From positions 51,461,815 through 51,525,814 of the forward strand of contig NC_058368.1 of the NCBI RefSeq assembly GCF_018350175.1: a stretch of 64,000 nucleotides of DNA. Reading direction: 5' to 3'. Positions 14,007 through 27,368 of this stretch are shown piece after piece. This DNA comes from Felis catus (taxonomy: Eukaryota). Under the pieces are notes generated by a model that saw nothing but the letters and a program-made list of their open reading frames with translations, had not been told where the DNA came from and did not search any database. Every line of letters begins with the position of its first letter. Position 1 is the stretch's first letter. The position numbers were made by a program, and so were the translations under genes.

Positions 14007-14222
14007 GGGATGCCTGGGTGGCTCAGTTGGTTAAGCATAAGACTCTTGATTTTGGCTCAGGTCATGATCTCACGGTTCCTGAGATTGAGCTCCAAGTTGG
14101 GTTCTGCACTAAGCAGGAGCCTGCTTGGGATTCTCTCTATCCTTCTCTCTCTCTCTGCCCCTCCCCCGCATACTCTAGCACTTGTTCTCTCTCTCTCTCT
14201 CTCAAAATAAATGTTTAAAAAA
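14007..14222 (+). mobile_element. Can-SINE
   Basis: Head, (CT)n, tail; TSD AATAAG(C/T)ACTAAACA. Confidence 0.93.
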
Positions 14223-14269
14223 ATAAGTACTAAACAAATTTTTTTTCTTATTATTACTGTGCTAAAGTG

Positions 14270-14970
14270 ACTACGTTGGTTTGTGTTTCCCCAGAAGCAG
14301 ACTTGATTCAAGGATTCATTTAAAAGTAATTGTTTTGAGGGGAAGGAAAAAAAAAAAAAAAAGAGGTTAGAGTGGGAGAGAGCCAAAGCATAAGAGACTG
14401 TTAAAAACTGAGAACAAACTGAGGGTTGATGGGGGGTGGGAGGGAGGGAGGGTGGGTGATGGGTATTGAGGAGGGCACCTTTTGGGATGAGCACTGGGTG
14501 TTGTATGGAAACCAATTTGACAATAAATTTCATATATTGAAAAAAAATAAATAAATAAAAGTAATTGTTTTGAGGGGTGACCCAGGAAAACCACTGGTGG
14601 GGGGGGGGATCAGAAGTAAGATAAGGTAAAGAAGGCAGTAAGTAAAGAGTGCATTAGCCATTTACTCTGAAGGGTAAGTAGAGCATGATTCTCCTGGAGA
14701 ACTCTGGTAGATGGTGTTAAACATGGCCCAGTTACCCAAACTGAACAATGAGAAAAATAAGGTATTTTTCCACGAACTACTCATCCAATCATTGGTTTAA
14801 CGCCTTTCTGAAGGCATTAACTCTGACATTTCTGGCTTGCCCTTCCCATAAGCCAAGAATGTCTCTATGGCCAGTATGAAAGCTCTCAGGCAGAAAGTCA
14901 TACACATAAGTAGCATAGAGATGAGTGCCAAAGAGGTATCGCCTGGGCACTAATAACATCTACTACAGTG
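14270..14970. mobile_element. Old MaLR (MLT1-like) LTR, split by a young L1 fragment
   Basis: TTCCCCAGAAGCAGAC...CAAGGATTC motif resuming after the L1 as GAGGGGTGACCCAGGAAAACC. Confidence 0.55.
14343..14556 (+). mobile_element. 5'-truncated felid L1 (3'UTR only) with perfect TSD
   Basis: L1 3'UTR (ACTGAGAACAAACTGAGGGTTGATGGGGGG...GGATGAGCACTGGGTGTTGTATGG), A-tail, TSD AAAAGTAATTGTTTTGAGGGG at 14322-14342 and 14557-14577. Confidence 0.92.
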
Positions 14971-14994
14971 TCTCTTATCCAAAAGATAACTCTG

Positions 14995-15207
14995 GGGGCG
15001 CCTGGGTGGCTTGGTCAGTTAAGCGTCCGACTTCAGCTCAGGTCATGATCTCACGGTCTGTGAGTTCGAGCCCCGCGTCGGGCTTTGTGCTGACAGCTCA
15101 GAGCCAGGAGCCTGTTTCAGATTCTGTGTCTCCCTCTCTCTCTGCCCCTCCCCTGTTCATGCTCTGTCTCTCTCTGTCTCAAAAATAAATAAACGTTAAA
15201 AAAAAAA
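14995..15207 (+). mobile_element. Can-SINE
   Basis: Head, body, tail; perfect TSD CAAAAGATAACTCTG. Confidence 0.95.
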
Positions 15208-16149
15208 TTCAAAAGATAACTCTGTGTTTCCTTCCTCAAGCTACCATCTTCCTTCCTTCCCTTTAAATACTGATTTCTAAATACTCCTTTCTCCACCTAA
15301 CCTCAATTTACTTTCCCACTAAAATGTGACTTCTCCCTGCCTTCTGGGAAAAGGAGGTGGGGGTGAATGGGTGTTAGGTCATTATGATCTCTTAATGTGA
15401 ACTTTAAGATGATGTCTCAGCCATCTATCTAGCTAAAATTTAGCTAATATACAGAAAAAGAGGCAGTTTATAAGTGATGGTATTTTCATGAGGAGCCTTA
15501 GAATATATTGAACATAATGTATGAGACAGGATTAAGAGACTCCCAGCAACAGACTTTTCAAAATACAGATCAAGGAAAAGCTTTTAGCTATAAACCACAC
15601 ACCAGGAAGTAAAAACAATTAGGCAAAAATTGAAATCACAGGACTGACTGAAATAATCAAGGAAGAAGCCCTTTTCAAGGAGAAAAGGGTACCAAGAATA
15701 GACTCTTGAGAAACTAGCTCTTCTCTCTTCTTATCTAGAGAAAAGGCATTGTTATTTCTATACCTGAAATCTAGTCACATGTTACACCTATCATTCTTTC
15801 TTCATCCTAACACCAAAACGTTCTCAATTCCACCATTTCCTCTATTCCCATTGCCTTTTCTCAAGATTCATTATCACTTGTCAGAACCACTACAAATGTT
15901 TCTTTAAAGCTAGTCTTGAGTTGGGGATCTGCACCTTTCATCCTCTATAATGCTACCACAGATATTTTTATAATTCAAAGTTTAACTCTATCACTACTGT
16001 TCTCAAATAAAGCAATATTTGCACATAATAATCTGGCCCCAACATGTTTCTAGTCTCTTCTATGCCCTTATTCTCATTCACACAGTTCCCCACACTTTAG
16101 TTCTTGCTAATATTTGTGTTTTGCACTTGTTTGATTTTATCCCTGAATT

Positions 16150-16355
16150 CACAATGTAGCTGCAGCAACTATAACAGTCTACGTAGGAAATTATAGTCTA
16201 TAATCCAAATCTAGTCTGCCACCTATTTTTGTAAATACAGTTAGACTGGTACACAGCCATGCTCATCTGTTTACATTATTTATGGAGCCTATGGCTGCTT
16301 TCAAACTGTAACAAGAGTTGAATAGTTACAACAGAGACAGTACTGCCCCAAAGCC
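16150..16355. mobile_element. MER58A-like DNA-transposon relic
   Basis: CCAAATCTAGTCTGCCACCTATTTTTGTAAATA...CACAGCCATGCTCAT...AGTTACAACAGAGAC. Confidence 0.6.
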
Positions 16356-18817
16356 AAAATACTTTGTGGTACAATATCAAACAGCCTCATATGTGAATAA
16401 CTGGACTCCCAGAAGGAAATAAGATAGACTGAGTATGAAATAATATTTGAGGAAGTAAAGGCCAAAATGTGCCAAATTAAATAAGAATTATCACACAGAT
16501 CTCAGAAATTCAAATGAATATCAAGCACAAGTTAAACACACACACACATAAAAACCTTATTTAGGCAAAGCATAGTCAGATTACTAAAAATCAAAGATAC
16601 AGAGAAAAATCTTAAAAGCAGTCAGAGAAAGAATGCTGGTTCCAGTATGGTGGCATAAACCCAAATACAGGCTATCATCTCACTGTTTACAACTAAAAAC
16701 TGTGGACAAAATTCAAAAAGAAAAAAGAAAAGAAAGAAAAAAGAAAAAAATTACTTGACAACTCTGAAAAGCAAACAAAAGCATATTACAGAGTGGAGTT
16801 AAACTTAGAAAAGCAACCCCCAGGAGAGTGAGCTTCCAGTTCAGTTCTTTTTTCCTCCTTTCTCTTTCCTCTTCCTTTTTCTCCTTTCCTCTTTTCTTTC
16901 TGGCCAGAGGAATTAAGGAAAGGAGCTCCTGAGTACTGGAGAATGGGGAGGAAATCCCAAAAAAGAGAAAAATGAAAGAAAGGAATCCTCTAATTCTGTC
17001 TATAATACAAGTCTTGGGCTCACTCTGGAGCCATACAGGTACAGGTCAGCCTTCTATTATAGACTCAGAACTGAACTGAGATTTGAAGCACCACCCACAG
17101 AAGGCAAGACCAAATTTGCTGTCTGAACCTAAATGGGTTGACAGTCTGCTAAAAGAAACAACAAAAATGTAAGTTTTCCTAAATTATAAGAAGCCCCCAA
17201 GTTTATAAAACATAACATTCACAATGTCCAAGATATAATCCAAAATTCTCACAATGTAAAAAAGCAAGAAAAATGTGATTAATTTCAAGGGAAGAAACAA
17301 TTAACAGGTGCTAACCCTGAGGTGATCCAGATGTTCTAATTATCCAATGATACTTTTAAGCAACTACTGTAAATAAGCTCCATCAAGTCAAGGCACACAC
17401 ACTTGAACAAAAAATCCCTCAGAAGACATAGAGAAGCTATTTTAAAAATTAACCAAATGTCAAATTTTAAACTGGAAAATACAATGCATAAAATAAAAAA
17501 AAAATTAACAGGCTGGGCTCACTAAAGGAAAAACGAACAGACTTGTAGGACAATCTCAAATGTTACTGCTGATTGTCATCGGAATCTTGGAAGACATTCG
17601 GGCAGAATATTTTAAGAAACAATGGCATCCCAAATTTGGTGAAAGACAAATTTACAGATTCAAGAAGCTGAGTGTTCTTCAAAGAGGCTAAACTCAAAGA
17701 AAATAATGACTAGACACATCCAATCAATCTGCTGAAAATCAAAACCAAAACCCAAAAAAATTCCTGAAAGCAGAGAAACATGACATACTACACAGAAGGG
17801 AATAAGATTCAAATTACCAAAAGTTCCCCATCAGAAATCATAATGGTAAAAAGACAGTGGAACATCATCAAAATATTGAAAGAAAACAAAAGTGTACGCA
17901 GAATCCTACATCCACCTAAAATATCCTTTAGGAATGAAAGCAAAATAAAGACATTCTCAGATGAAGAAAAACAAAGACAAGTTTATCCCCAGAAGACTGC
18001 TGTACAAGAAATGCTAAAGTACTTCAGGCTGGAAGGAAATGTGGCACCTTCAGGAAAGAAGGAAGAACAGGATTAGTAAATATACAGCTAAACACAAAAT
18101 ACTATTTTTTCCCTTTAAGTTCTTTAAAATATTATGCCTATTGTCAGCAAAAAATAGTATACTGTATGGTGAGTGGTGAGTTTTTCAAAGCATGCAGCCA
18201 TAAACATATATGCCAAGTATAACATAAAGGGGGGGGAGTAACGAAGTAGGGGGGAAAACGATCTGTATGGCTGCAAGGTTTCTCTATTTTAAGTGAAGCA
18301 GTACAACAGTAGCTCTAAGTAGGCTGTGAAAGGTTAGGTATATATAATGTAATTAAAATACAAAAAGATAAACCCAAAAAGGCCAATAGATATATTAAAA
18401 TTGATACCAAAGAATAATCCAAAAGAAAGCAGAAAAAAGAGGAATGAAAAACAAAGAAGAAAACATAAGACAATATAATGATAACCAACCATACCACTAA
18501 TTATGTTAAATATTAATGATCTAAACTCTCCAAATAACAGCCAAAGACTGACAGAGCAAGTTGAAAAAAGAAAAAAAAAAAAAAGAAAAAAGCAAAACCC
18601 AGCATATGCTGCCTAAAGGAGGGAAATTTTAAATATAAAAATACAGATAATTCAAAAGTACATACATGGGAAAAAACTTACCATCCAAACAGTAAGCATA
18701 CAAAGGCTGGAGAAACTATTTTAATATCATATTAAATAAGTTCAAGACAAAGAGTATTACTAAGGATAAAGAAAGATGTATCATAATGAAATAAAATAAT
18801 AATTATCAAGAAGTGGG

Positions 18818-19011
18818 TTTTTTTTTATGTTTTTAATTTATTTTTGAGAGAGCACAAGCTGGAGAAGGGCAGAGAGAGAGGGAAAGAGGATCTGAAGCAG
18901 GCTCTGGGCTGACAGCAGCTAGCCAAACGTGGAGCTTGAACTCACAAACCTGAAGATCATGACCTGAGCCAAAATCAGACGCTTAAGCCAACTGAGCCAC
19001 CCAGGTGCCTC
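18818..19011 (-). mobile_element. Can-SINE inside L1
   Basis: Reverse head GAGCCACCCAGGTGCC; TSD TATCAAGAA. Confidence 0.9.
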
Positions 19012-20311
19012 TATCAAGAAATTTTAATAATTATTCACATAAATGTACCTAAAGCAGAGCCCCAAAGCACATGAAGCAAAAGCTGAGAAAATTAAAAGGA
19101 CAAATACAAATCTACCATTAGAGTAGATATTTTCAATACCTGCCACTCAGAAACTGATAGAACTAGACAAAACTGAGTATAGACATAAAAGATCCAAATA
19201 ACACCACCAACCAACTTGAACTAATTAATACAGAACTCTGTGTGCAAAAATGGCAGAACATACATTCTTTTCAAGTATACATGGTATAATCACCATGGTA
19301 GAGCATATCCTAGGAGATAAGGCTTATCTCAATAAATTTTAAAAGATCGAAATCATACAAAATATGCAGAATGCAATTCACAATAATATATATAAGAGAA
19401 CACAAAATATCTTAAGATTAAATAAAACAATTCTAAATAATGTATGGACCAAAGATAAAATTCAAAAAAAATTAGAAAATATTTTAAACTAAATGACAAA
19501 GAATATTCAGAATATCAAAATGGTGGGATTCAACTAAAGCAGTGCTTAGATGAAAATTCATAGTTTTAAATACTTATGTTAGAAGTCTAAAATCAATGAC
19601 CTAAGATTCCACCTTAAAAAACTAGAAAAAAAGAGTAAAGTAAACTCAAAGTAGAAGTTATACTGATAACAGAAAAGTCAATAAAGTAGAAAGTAAATCA
19701 ATAATAGAGAAAATTAATAAAGCCAAAAGTTGTTTCTTTGAACTTATAAACAAAATTGAGAAACTTCTGGCTAATCTGATCAAACAAAAAAGAAAACTCA
19801 AACATGAAGAATGAAAAAGGGATTATCACCACAAATGCCACATAGAAAAGAATACTAGAACAATGTTATGAGTAACTTTCTGCCAAAATGTTCAACAATT
19901 TAGATGAAATGGACAAATTTTTCTAAAACCACAAGTTACCAAAATTGACATAAGAAATAAAAAATTTGAATATCCCTATATCTATTAAAGAAAGAAACTA
20001 AATTTGTTAAAAGCATCCCAAAAGATAATTCAGATGGTATCCCTGATGAATTCTATCATATATTCAAAAAGAAATGAGACCAATTTCATGGAAACTTTAA
20101 AAATACTCCTTTAAAAATACAGATTATTGCCCAAATCATTTTATGAGACAAGAATACCTATAATACTAAAACCTGACAAAGACATTAACAGAACAATACC
20201 CTTCATAAATCTAAACCCAAAAATTCTTAACAAAATATTACCAAATTCAACAATACATCACATTGGGAGAAAGTTTTATACCAGGAATGCCAGGTTGACT
20301 TAACATTCAAA

Positions 20312-20529
20312 TTTTTTTTTTTTTTCAAACGTTTATTTATTTTTGGGACAGAGAGAGACAGAGCATGAACGGGGGAGGGGCAGAGAGAGAGGGAGACACA
20401 GAATCGGAAACAGGCTCCAGGCTCTGAGCCATCAGCCCAAAGCCTGACGCGGGGCTCGAACTCCCGGACCACGAGATCGTGACCTGGCTGAAGTCGGACG
20501 CTTAACCGACTGCGCCACCCAGGCGCCCC
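20312..20529 (-). mobile_element. Can-SINE, young CpG-rich subfamily
   Basis: GTGACCTGGCTGAAGTCGGACGCTTAACCGACTGCGCCACCCAGGCGCCCC; TSD TAACATTCAAA. Confidence 0.96.
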
Positions 20530-22197
20530 ATAACATTCAAAAATTAATTTAATTTTTCCCTTCTTTCTCTTAACATATAATAATTTCAACAAATGCAGAA
20601 CAGGTATTTGCCAAAATTCAAAACACATTTATGATAAAAACTATCAGCAAAGTAGGAATATTAAAGAACTTCCTCAAATTGGAAAGACCATCAAAACACC
20701 CACAGTTTACATCATAATACTGAAAGACTGAAAAACTAATTTGTAATTATTTCCTCTTCAGATTAAGGAACAAGGAAAGATGGAACTTTCACCACTTCTA
20801 TTCAGCATTGTTATGGAGATTCTTGTCACTGGAATAAAAGTTGGAGGAACATTTCTGATTTCCGGAAATCAGAAAGAATGATGATTGATTTTAGAACATT
20901 CCAGAGAATCTACAAAACAACTATTAAAATTAATTCACAGCATTCACTACAGTCCATCTATTACACTACAAAGATTCACTTGCTTCATACAAATTCTGGG
21001 AAAAGCTCTTCCAGAATTCTGGTTGGTTCTTATTTCCTGGAGAAACTTTTCAGAGGAAGTAAAGTAGGACAAACTAAAGACCCCACCACTGTGTTTTAGA
21101 GGGTTTCAAGGCCAAAACATAGTTATAGCCTGTTTTCTGCTAGTAATTTCAGATTCCCTTCATCTTTGGCTAGCATTTCTGCTGGTCCAGGTGGCTGATC
21201 TTGTGAGGCAGTCACCAGGCCTTGCTCATGCCCATTTACCATTATAACTGGACCAGAAAGTACCAAGAGACACCCAACAGATCACCTGTGTGCCAAACCC
21301 CCAAGCTCCCTCATGTAACAGCAGCTCTACCTTCTCCCAATGATCTGATACATTAGCCCTGGGCGACTCCTTTCCCTAGAAATGGAGTGTCAAGTCCCAG
21401 AGGTAGCCATGCCTAAAAGTGAAACAGGACTCTGTAGTTTCTTCTGTTGGAAATGTTTCTCTTCTGAAAGCCAGGACCTTTTAAACCCCTACTGCTCAGC
21501 TACAGAGAGGAAGCATAAATTCCCCAGTGGGTCACTGAGAGTGATGCTAAGCGGAGTCACTCCCACTGCCATGTGTAATGGTTCCAGCTAGGAACCTTGC
21601 AGGGTATAATGTCAAATTGTAGGGTATCATCATCAGTTGTGCCATCAAAAGATTGTTTTGCTGCTCTATCTGGTCAGAAACTTCTTGATGTGGTGCATGA
21701 TGGAACAGATGGATCCCATGATTGCTAAAAAAAAGTGGGTCGTTTACTCTGAAATGTTATGTGGGATCTTATGCTGATGGATCAAACACTCTGTAAGCCC
21801 TCAAACAGTAGCCAATGGTTGAGCCCCTGCAAGCTGTAAAGGCAAACTCATACTTAAAACATGTGTCAAGTCCAGTCAAAATGAATCATGGTCTCTGTGG
21901 AGGATGGTTAGATTCCACTACTCAGGCAGGACATTCAGCAACTGAGTTGCTGAATGAGTATTGATAAGTAGAAGTCTATTATTGGGTCTTTGCATAGCCA
22001 TCATCAATTTTTCCACAACACTTATAGGCCGAAAGAAACACCTAACAGTAGTGTTTATTAACTAGTTAGATCTAAATAAGTAATAAGAATTTATGTCCTA
22101 TAAACTTAACCATTTGGAAAAAAACACATAAATTGAAAGAAAAATATTTTTATTTTGTTCTTGAAGAGCCACAATTGCTTAAGAATAGGACATGTAC

Positions 22198-22427
22198 GGG
22201 GTGCCTGGGTGGCTCAGTAGGTTAAGCCTCCTACTCTGGCTCAGGTCATGATCTCACAGCTCATGAGTTCGAGCCCCACGTCGGGCTCTGTGCCAACAGC
22301 TCAGAGCCTGGAGCCTGCTTCAGATTCTATGTCTCCCTCTCTCTCTCCACCCCCCCCCCCACTAGCACTGTCTCTCCCCTGCCCCCCTCTCTCTCAAAAA
22401 TAAACATTAGAAAAAAATTTTTAAAAA
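22198..22427 (+). mobile_element. Can-SINE
   Basis: Head, body, tail; TSD AAGAA(T/C)AGGACAT(G/A)TAC. Confidence 0.93.
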
Positions 22428-22636
22428 AAGAACAGGACATATACAATGCTAAACACTGCACAACTTCTCAAACTTGGAATCAGATTGAACATGCCACCCT
22501 CCTTTTCTGTTTCACACTAATTTGTGTGCAGTGGTTGATTTGTATCACAGCAACTACCAACAACCCAACTTCAAAAAGATATGGCATCACCAAAAAGAAT
22601 GTAGCAAGACCTAATGTCAAAACTGCGAACAACTTT

Positions 22637-22830
22637 GGGGTGCCTGGCTGGCTCAGTGAGTTGAGCATCTGAGTCTTGATCTCAGCTCAGGTCATGATCT
22701 CACAGTTCATGAGTTCGAGCCCCGAACACTGAGCTGATAGTCTGGAGTCTCCTTGGGATTCTGCCTCTCCCTCTCTCTGTCTTTCCCCATCTCTCTCAAC
22801 ATAAATAAACTTAAAAAAAAAAAAAGAACA
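22637..22830 (+). mobile_element. Can-SINE
   Basis: Head, body, tail; TSD AAAACTG(C/T)GAACAAC. Confidence 0.92.
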
Positions 22831-24199
22831 AAAACTGTGAACAACCTCAAGCTAGTTATTTGTGACAGATGCTAACACGTTTCCTTTGAAATTCTGAAAT
22901 ATCCCATGGTATTCCTATGTGTCTGCTGTGGTGTTTCAGGGTGCCTCAGTGCAGTTTGGGAATCACTTAGCACACGCATGTGTATACCCATGCATGTGCA
23001 CTTCCTTTCTTACCTTAGTGGGCCCAGCACCTCCCACTAGGCTCTCTTATGACCTAACTCTAGTTATTGATTTGATGATAGCCAGTAGAGGAGAGAAGAG
23101 ATGAGAATAGTAAGGGCAGCATAGTCCAGGAAACTACCCTCTAGGCTAGAAGAAGCCCACTTTTGCAGGCCCAAAGAGCTTGACAGAATTGGGGTTTCAA
23201 GGTTTTCAAGTGTATCAACTCAGATGTCCCATCTGAAGAGTTAGGGTCCTATTCATCCAACTAAAGCAGACACTGGCATAGAAGACTTGTTGAGAATTCA
23301 ACCCACCCTGGAGTTCTGCTACCCTTGAATTAAGTCTTGGGCCTAACCTTTAGCTTTTTTTTTTTTCTTTCTGTTGTAGAAGATGAGTTTCTTTACATGA
23401 TGCTAAAGAAACAACTTTCTCATTTTGCCCCCAATTACCTTCTGCCTTTGCTTTTCTCCAATCTATCAACATCAATCATCAACAACCATCTGATTATACT
23501 GTCCTTGTAAGTAATAACTTCCCTGAACTTCTAAAAAGCTTAAAATATTTGTACCCACCAGTGCATTCCTTCTACAGGAATTCCATTCCAATTCACCACT
23601 ACTGAAAGTTTAACAATTGCACAGCCACACTGTATGCCAACGGTTATTAGTATTGGCACTCCATCTACAACCCACAGTGGGTCTAGCTCTAAAACCCCAT
23701 TTTAAAGTCTACTTCCTCAGATCACTCCTGGCACCACAACTCTCTTAGGTAAGGCTCCCCCAGGAAACAGACTCTGAAATCGAGATATGCACACCAGGAG
23801 TTTACTGGGGAATATCCTCTGAACCAACAACTGTAGGAGAGTGAAGGAAGTAAGATGGAACAGAGGAATGAGCTGAATTGTAATGCAGTCACAGGAAGAC
23901 CTCAGCCAATCCCATGTGGACCTCTGGTGTTGGGATAGATCTTCAAGGTTGTTCTGCCTTAGGGTAAGAGGGCCAGAGATTTATATCCCTAAAGAGTACA
24001 TGTACTGGGTAGAGGCTGACCCTGTAGAAGAGGCATGACTTTGAGGGAAGCAGTTCTCTCGGCTCAGGGAAAGCTTGGAAAAGGACTTAGCCGGCAGTTT
24101 TAGCTGCCAGTATTCCCAACAGCTAGGAGCACTTGTACATGAACAAAGGGATCTGGGTGGTGAACCAAGCACCCACCACACCACTACTGGGCTATTACA

Positions 24200-25180
24200 C
24201 TATTTTAGCTAATGAGAGGAGAGAATTAGCATTTACCCTGCCTTCTCAGGAGGAACCACAGTTCATCATCAGTTGATGAGAGAAACTCTTTTTCGCAGAA
24301 GAGCACCAGCTCAAAAATACAGAAAGAATTAACAGAAGTATAAAAATCATCATTTTGAAACCCCTAATGAAATAATTGACTCAGATAAGGATTATCAAAG
24401 AATGCTAAAACCATTAGTGAAAGATATTCATAGTGAGTGTACCGAAGTTATGACCTATGATTACCTGCTTATTGCACGTGAAAAAAGGATACATTTACAG
24501 AGGAGAGATCTACTGGGTACCATCTTGCCAAAGTAATTAGACTGAGCATTATTAAACAGTGACACAACCTGAAAACATCTGGATAGGATGCAATATGTAA
24601 TACTCAGTCCTATAAGCCAAATATTCTTGCTAAAAAATGTGTAACCAAAACTTAATGAAGCTTAAATCCTAACTGCCATTTATAGGAAATACAGGGATAG
24701 AAGACATGGAGACTAACAGTATCTGAGGTCCTGCCTTTAAGGAGCTAGATTTATAAGACATTCTAGAAAAGATAAAATATTAGTGACACAAAACTGATCC
24801 ATGGTAGCCAGGGGCTAGTGGTAGGAGGGAATTTCCTGAAGAAACTTTTTAGAATGATGGAAATGTTCTATACTTGACTGTGGTGATGGTCCTAAGACTC
24901 TTCAAATAAACACTTTATTATTTTTTTTATGTTTATTTTTGAGAGACAGAGAGAACGCAAGCAAGGGAGGGGCAGAGAGAGAGGGAGACCTAGAATCCGA
25001 AACAGGCTCCAGGCTCTGAGCTATCAGCACAGAGCCCAAAGCGGGGCTTGAACTCACAAACCGTGAGATCATGACCTGAGCCAAAGTCAGAGGCTTAACC
25101 GAATGAGCTACCGAGGGACCCCCTCAAATGAACACTTGAAAAGGGTAAAATTTATTATACATAAATTAAACCCTGATTAA
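24200..25180 (+). mobile_element. Ancient L1 (L1MC-ME-type) 3'-end fragments
   Basis: CATTTTGAAACCCCTAATGAAATAATTGACTCAG; GATGGAAATGTTCTATACTTGACTGTGGTGATGG. Confidence 0.55.
24915..25122 (-). mobile_element. Can-SINE
   Basis: Reverse body; TSD TCAAAT(A/G)AACACTT. Confidence 0.92.
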
Positions 25181-27368
25181 CCTGACTCCTCTCCAAAAAG
25201 CTGAATATTTAATGTTTTTTAATTAAAAAGAGTATTCTGACTACTCTTGATTTTTTTAAACAAATATCTTAAAATGCAAAAGTATTTTTAAGTTAACATT
25301 TTCATTTTATTTTTAAGCCTAAACACAAGATTTTCTCTTATCTTAAGTTAGGGCTAATTTATTTCATATTTCATATTTCTACCTACCAATATGCCAACAG
25401 AGCAGTTTTTGCCTTAAAATACAGGATTCCAGAGACGTAAGAGCTATATGAAACAAATTATTACCTAATCATAAATACAGATATACAAACTCTAATCCAA
25501 TCCCACATCACTAAAATACTCCTACAATAACATCTCTTTATCGTTCAAAACCATCAGTGTCTACTGAATAAAATGTAATTTGTACCTTGCTGTTCAAGCT
25601 GTCTCACCCTCTAACCACAGTCTCCATTTCCAAAATGAATTCCCACTGCTCTCCCTCACGAACACCTACATGATAGCTCTAACAGAACTCTTAATATTAA
25701 CCTGCACATAAACTGTACTTTCTCACCTTTTGCTCATACTTTCACGCCAGCCCAGAATGCCATTTTCTTTAACACTTTTGTAAGTACCCGTCTTTGTATT
25801 TTTCACCATTACCCAGGTAATAAACTCAAGTGTAGAAACTATGTCTTATACAGCTTTATTGGGCCAATGGTTAGCACCAAGTAGTAAATCCCTCAACTTT
25901 GTTGGACTGACTACTTAACCTCTTAAAACCAAAATCCCATGCATCTGATATAAAAAAGCTAAAGGAACTAAATGGGTTTATCTTAAAGAAAAGCAATTCC
26001 CCACTTTAACCATAATCTCTATTGTTTCTACTTTGTTATTCTACCACTTCAACCGACAAACCCTGACTCTTCTGTATCTCCTGGTCTATCACTCCCCTCC
26101 TTTACATCACTTTCGTTTTTACCGAAGGATCAATCAATGTCACCAAACTTTCACTTTCTTTTTTTTTTTTTTTTGACCTCTAGTCACACTTTAACCTTGA
26201 ACCAATTCAACCAACAGCTTTCCCATTTCTTTGCTGAGTGGAAAAACTTACAATATCATGCTGATTAGAGTTTTAAATATATAATTTTAATAGTAACAAC
26301 AGCAGCAGCTGCTGACATTTAATGAACATTACCCTGTACTAACACAATGTGCTTTTAATAGTCCTATAAGGTTACAGGTAAAGAAACAGACAAAGAAATG
26401 CAATTAACTTGCCCAACTTAGAAAAAGGTAGAACTGGGATTTGAACCAAGGCAGTCTGCCTCTAAGGTAAATTTAGCCACAGAGCTATAGTTTTTCCCAA
26501 ATGCAATGCTATACTGCCATTCACATACAGAAACGATCAAATATTCCTTTACTTATTTCCAGCCCAACCTTTTCCTCAAGCCAATGCTCCAATTTTGATT
26601 CATTCATTTGTATAAAAAATATATTTATTGAGTCAATGAATAAAGGAAATCATTATTCTCACATTCATCACAGTCACTGAGACCAAAAATTAGAATAAAA
26701 CCTGATTTTTGCCCCCATCTTTAAGTCCTCAAATGCCATATGTCCCCTCACTCTCGGCAGAAATCAACAATATTTAACAGCACTTAATGTGTCAAGCACT
26801 TTACATATATGGATTGGTTTAATCTACAAAACAATCCTCATTATTATTATCCCCATTCTACATACAAGAAAAGTAAGGCATAAACAAAGACAAAAATAAA
26901 CAAGCGGGACTATATCAAAATAAAAAGCTTCTGCACAGCAAAGGAAACTATCAATAAAATGAAAAGGCAAACTACAAAATTTGAGAAAATATATGCAAAC
27001 CATATACCTGATAAGAGGCTAATATCTAAAATATATAAGGAAGTTATATATTCCGACAGGAAAAACAAATAGCCATTGCTATTTGTTTTTAAACCAATTA
27101 AAAATGGACAGAGGATCTGAAAAGATATTTTTCCAAACAAGACACACAGTTGGCCAACAGGCACATGAAAATATGCTCAGTATCACTAGTCATTAGGGAA
27201 ATGCAAATCAAAACCACGATGAGATTATTACCTCACACATAGAATGGCTATGATCAAAAACAAGAAATAACAAGTGTTGGCAAAAATGTAGAGAAAAGAA
27301 AAACCCGTGCACTATTGATGGAAATGTAAACTGGGCAGCCACTGCGGAAAACAATATAGAGGTTCCTT

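Larger units (their letters stand above)
16365..20930 (+). mobile_element. Old L1 (L1M-type): ORF1 fragment, then 5'UTR, ORF1 and ORF2 (endonuclease to RT) remnants, with two SINE insertions
   Basis: ORF 17780-18076 resembles the ORF1 C-terminus (RQWNIIKILKE...RILHPPKISFRNESKIKTFSDE); decayed ORF2 motifs to about 20930. Confidence 0.85.
22020..22970. mobile_element. Probable hAT/Charlie-type relic nested in the ERVL, itself carrying two SINEs
   Basis: End sequence GTGTTTCAGGGTGCCTCAGTGCAGTTTGGGAATCAC resembles Charlie/MER termini. Confidence 0.45.
20980..24185 (-). mobile_element. Decayed ERVL element (LTR16/ERV3-16A3-like): 5' LTR about 23742-24185, PBS, internal remnants
   Basis: Minus-strand LTR end ...AGAGTCTGTTTCCTGGGGAGCCTTACCTAAGAGA then TGGTGCCAGGAGTGA (tRNA-Leu-type PBS, 23722-23736); about 21646-21720 translates HGIHLFHHAPHQEVSDQIEQQNNLL, resembling ERVL integrase HGIHWSYHVPHHPEAAGLIERWNGLL. 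Confidence 0.7.
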
